From contig NC_045697.1 of the NCBI RefSeq assembly GCF_009834535.1, positions 13,394,001 through 13,458,000 on the forward strand: DNA of 64,000 bases. Reading direction: 5' to 3'. Of this stretch, positions 62,854 through 64,000 are shown in pieces. Both the position numbers and the translations under genes were made by a program. The notes below the pieces were generated by a model, which saw only the letters and a list, made by a program, of their open reading frames with translations, had not been told where the DNA came from and ran no database searches. The DNA comes from Camelus ferus (Eukaryota). Within the stretch, counting starts at the first letter, position 1, and each line of letters begins with the position of its first letter.

Positions 62854-64000
62854 AAACTGGATAAATTACATTTACTCAAAATTTTAAAAATTCTCTTTTT
62901 GAAAAACAATGTAAGGAAAATGGAAAGACTAGCCAATAAGCTACATACTGAGAGAAAATCTTTGCAAAATTTATTTATAACAAGAGACTTTATCTGGGTT
63001 ATATAAACAATTCATAATACAAAAACAAACAATCCAATTTTTACATTTGCAAAAATTTGAACAACACTTCACCAAAGAAGATATACAAATGGCTAATGAG
63101 CACATGAAAAAGTATTCAATAATATTAAGTTACTGGAGAAGTGAAAACTAAAACCACAGGAGATATCAGTATACTCACTAGAATGGTCAAAATGGAAAAG
63201 ACTGACAAAGCCAGTTTTGGTAAAGATGTGGAGCAATTGGAATTATTACATATTGCAAGGGCTGTAAAACACGAAAAACACTTTAAAGTACCTAGTACAT
63301 AGCACCTAAGAACTCCTTTGGGTGTTTTTTATAAACTTAAATGAATAACTTCTGAATGACAGAAACTGTACTGCTAGAGATCTTACAATAGAAATGAAAA
63401 CGCATCAACTCAAATATTTGTAAAAGAATATTCAAAGAAGTTTTATTCATCATTGTTCCAAACCAAAAACAATTGAATTGTCTATCAATAGGTGAATAGA
63501 CAAACTATGCTATGTATTCAATCAAATTACTATTCAAGAAAAAAAATAACATGTATGAATCTCTAAAGCCTTATTATAGATGAGTGCAAAATTACACAAA
63601 AAGTTCATACTATATTTTTCCATACATATGAAATTCTAGGATAGGCAAAGCTAATCTATGGCAGCAGAAAGCAGGTTTGTGGAGTGAGATGGTGGAGACT
63701 GATATAAAAGAGGATTAGGAAACTCTTGGGAGGTAATGGAATATAGTATGTCTTTTACAGTGATGGATACAATATTCTAAACATTTTGCAAAATTTAGCA
63801 ACATGTACATTTAATAAATGTATTTTATTGAATATAAATTGTATCTCAATAAATTATATCTGCATATATTTATGCATAATATACATACAATTTAATATAT
63901 ATGTGTGTATTATATTGTATATATACATATATTTTTCATAGAAAAATAAAAGTGAAAACTGGATCAGTGTACCCTACAGAAATATGTGAACAGGAATATA

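Larger units (their letters stand above)
60995..63860 (+). mobile_element. Old LINE-1 (L1MD/ME-like): 5' region and part of ORF1 joined to the ORF2 C-terminus and 3'UTR
   Basis: ORF1 coiled-coil sequence (ATGTCACTGGATGGGTTCAGTAACAG…ATCTAACATTCATGGGATCAGAATCCCAGGAGGA), then GTGATATTGGCATAAAGATC…AATAAATGGTGCTGGAAC (W.WHKD…NKWCW), ACACTTCACCAAAGAAGATATACAAATGGC and a 3' end GTATCTCAATAAA. Confidence 0.85.

Noticed and set aside
1..64000. A novel multi-gene system, non-retroviral endogenous viral element, processed pseudogene or host-gene orientation signal
   Set aside because: I could recognise no viral or host coding remnants other than L1 and L2. L1 and LTR orientations are mixed, so no transcription direction can be inferred. 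A tblastx/BLASTX of the repeat-masked window would be the decisive test.

Overview
Mammalian non-coding DNA, AT-rich and CpG-poor, with no recognisable protein-coding exon, RNA gene or CRISPR array. It is either intergenic or deep intronic. Three tRNA-derived SINEs match the camelid Vic-1 type, and I saw no Alu, Bov-tA/BovB, PRE or SINEC copies, so the source is probably a camelid (alpaca, llama or camel; inference). Much of the window is transposon fossil: LINE-1s of several ages, a HAL1-like ORF1-only element, L2, MIR, MaLR (MLT1), ERV1 and ERVL solo LTRs, and hAT MITEs (MER20, MER53, MER94, MER102/Charlie8-like), with several clean nested insertions. The only ORF-track entries that resemble real proteins are decayed L1 ORF2 fragments. 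I found no support for a novel multi-gene system. The best second-look items are: a twin-primed (5'-inverted) L1 with a perfect 14-bp target-site duplication (TSD); an L1 retaining both ends but lacking ORF1 and the endonuclease; a repeat-free Pbx-Hox/Meis motif cluster; a CpG-retaining patch with a posterior-HOX motif; a mosaic duplication at 14.7-15.0 kb; two same-family LTRs with very different CpG decay; and an in-register degenerate TTAGGG tract. Family and subfamily names come from remembered consensus sequences, and boundaries of old repeats are approximate.
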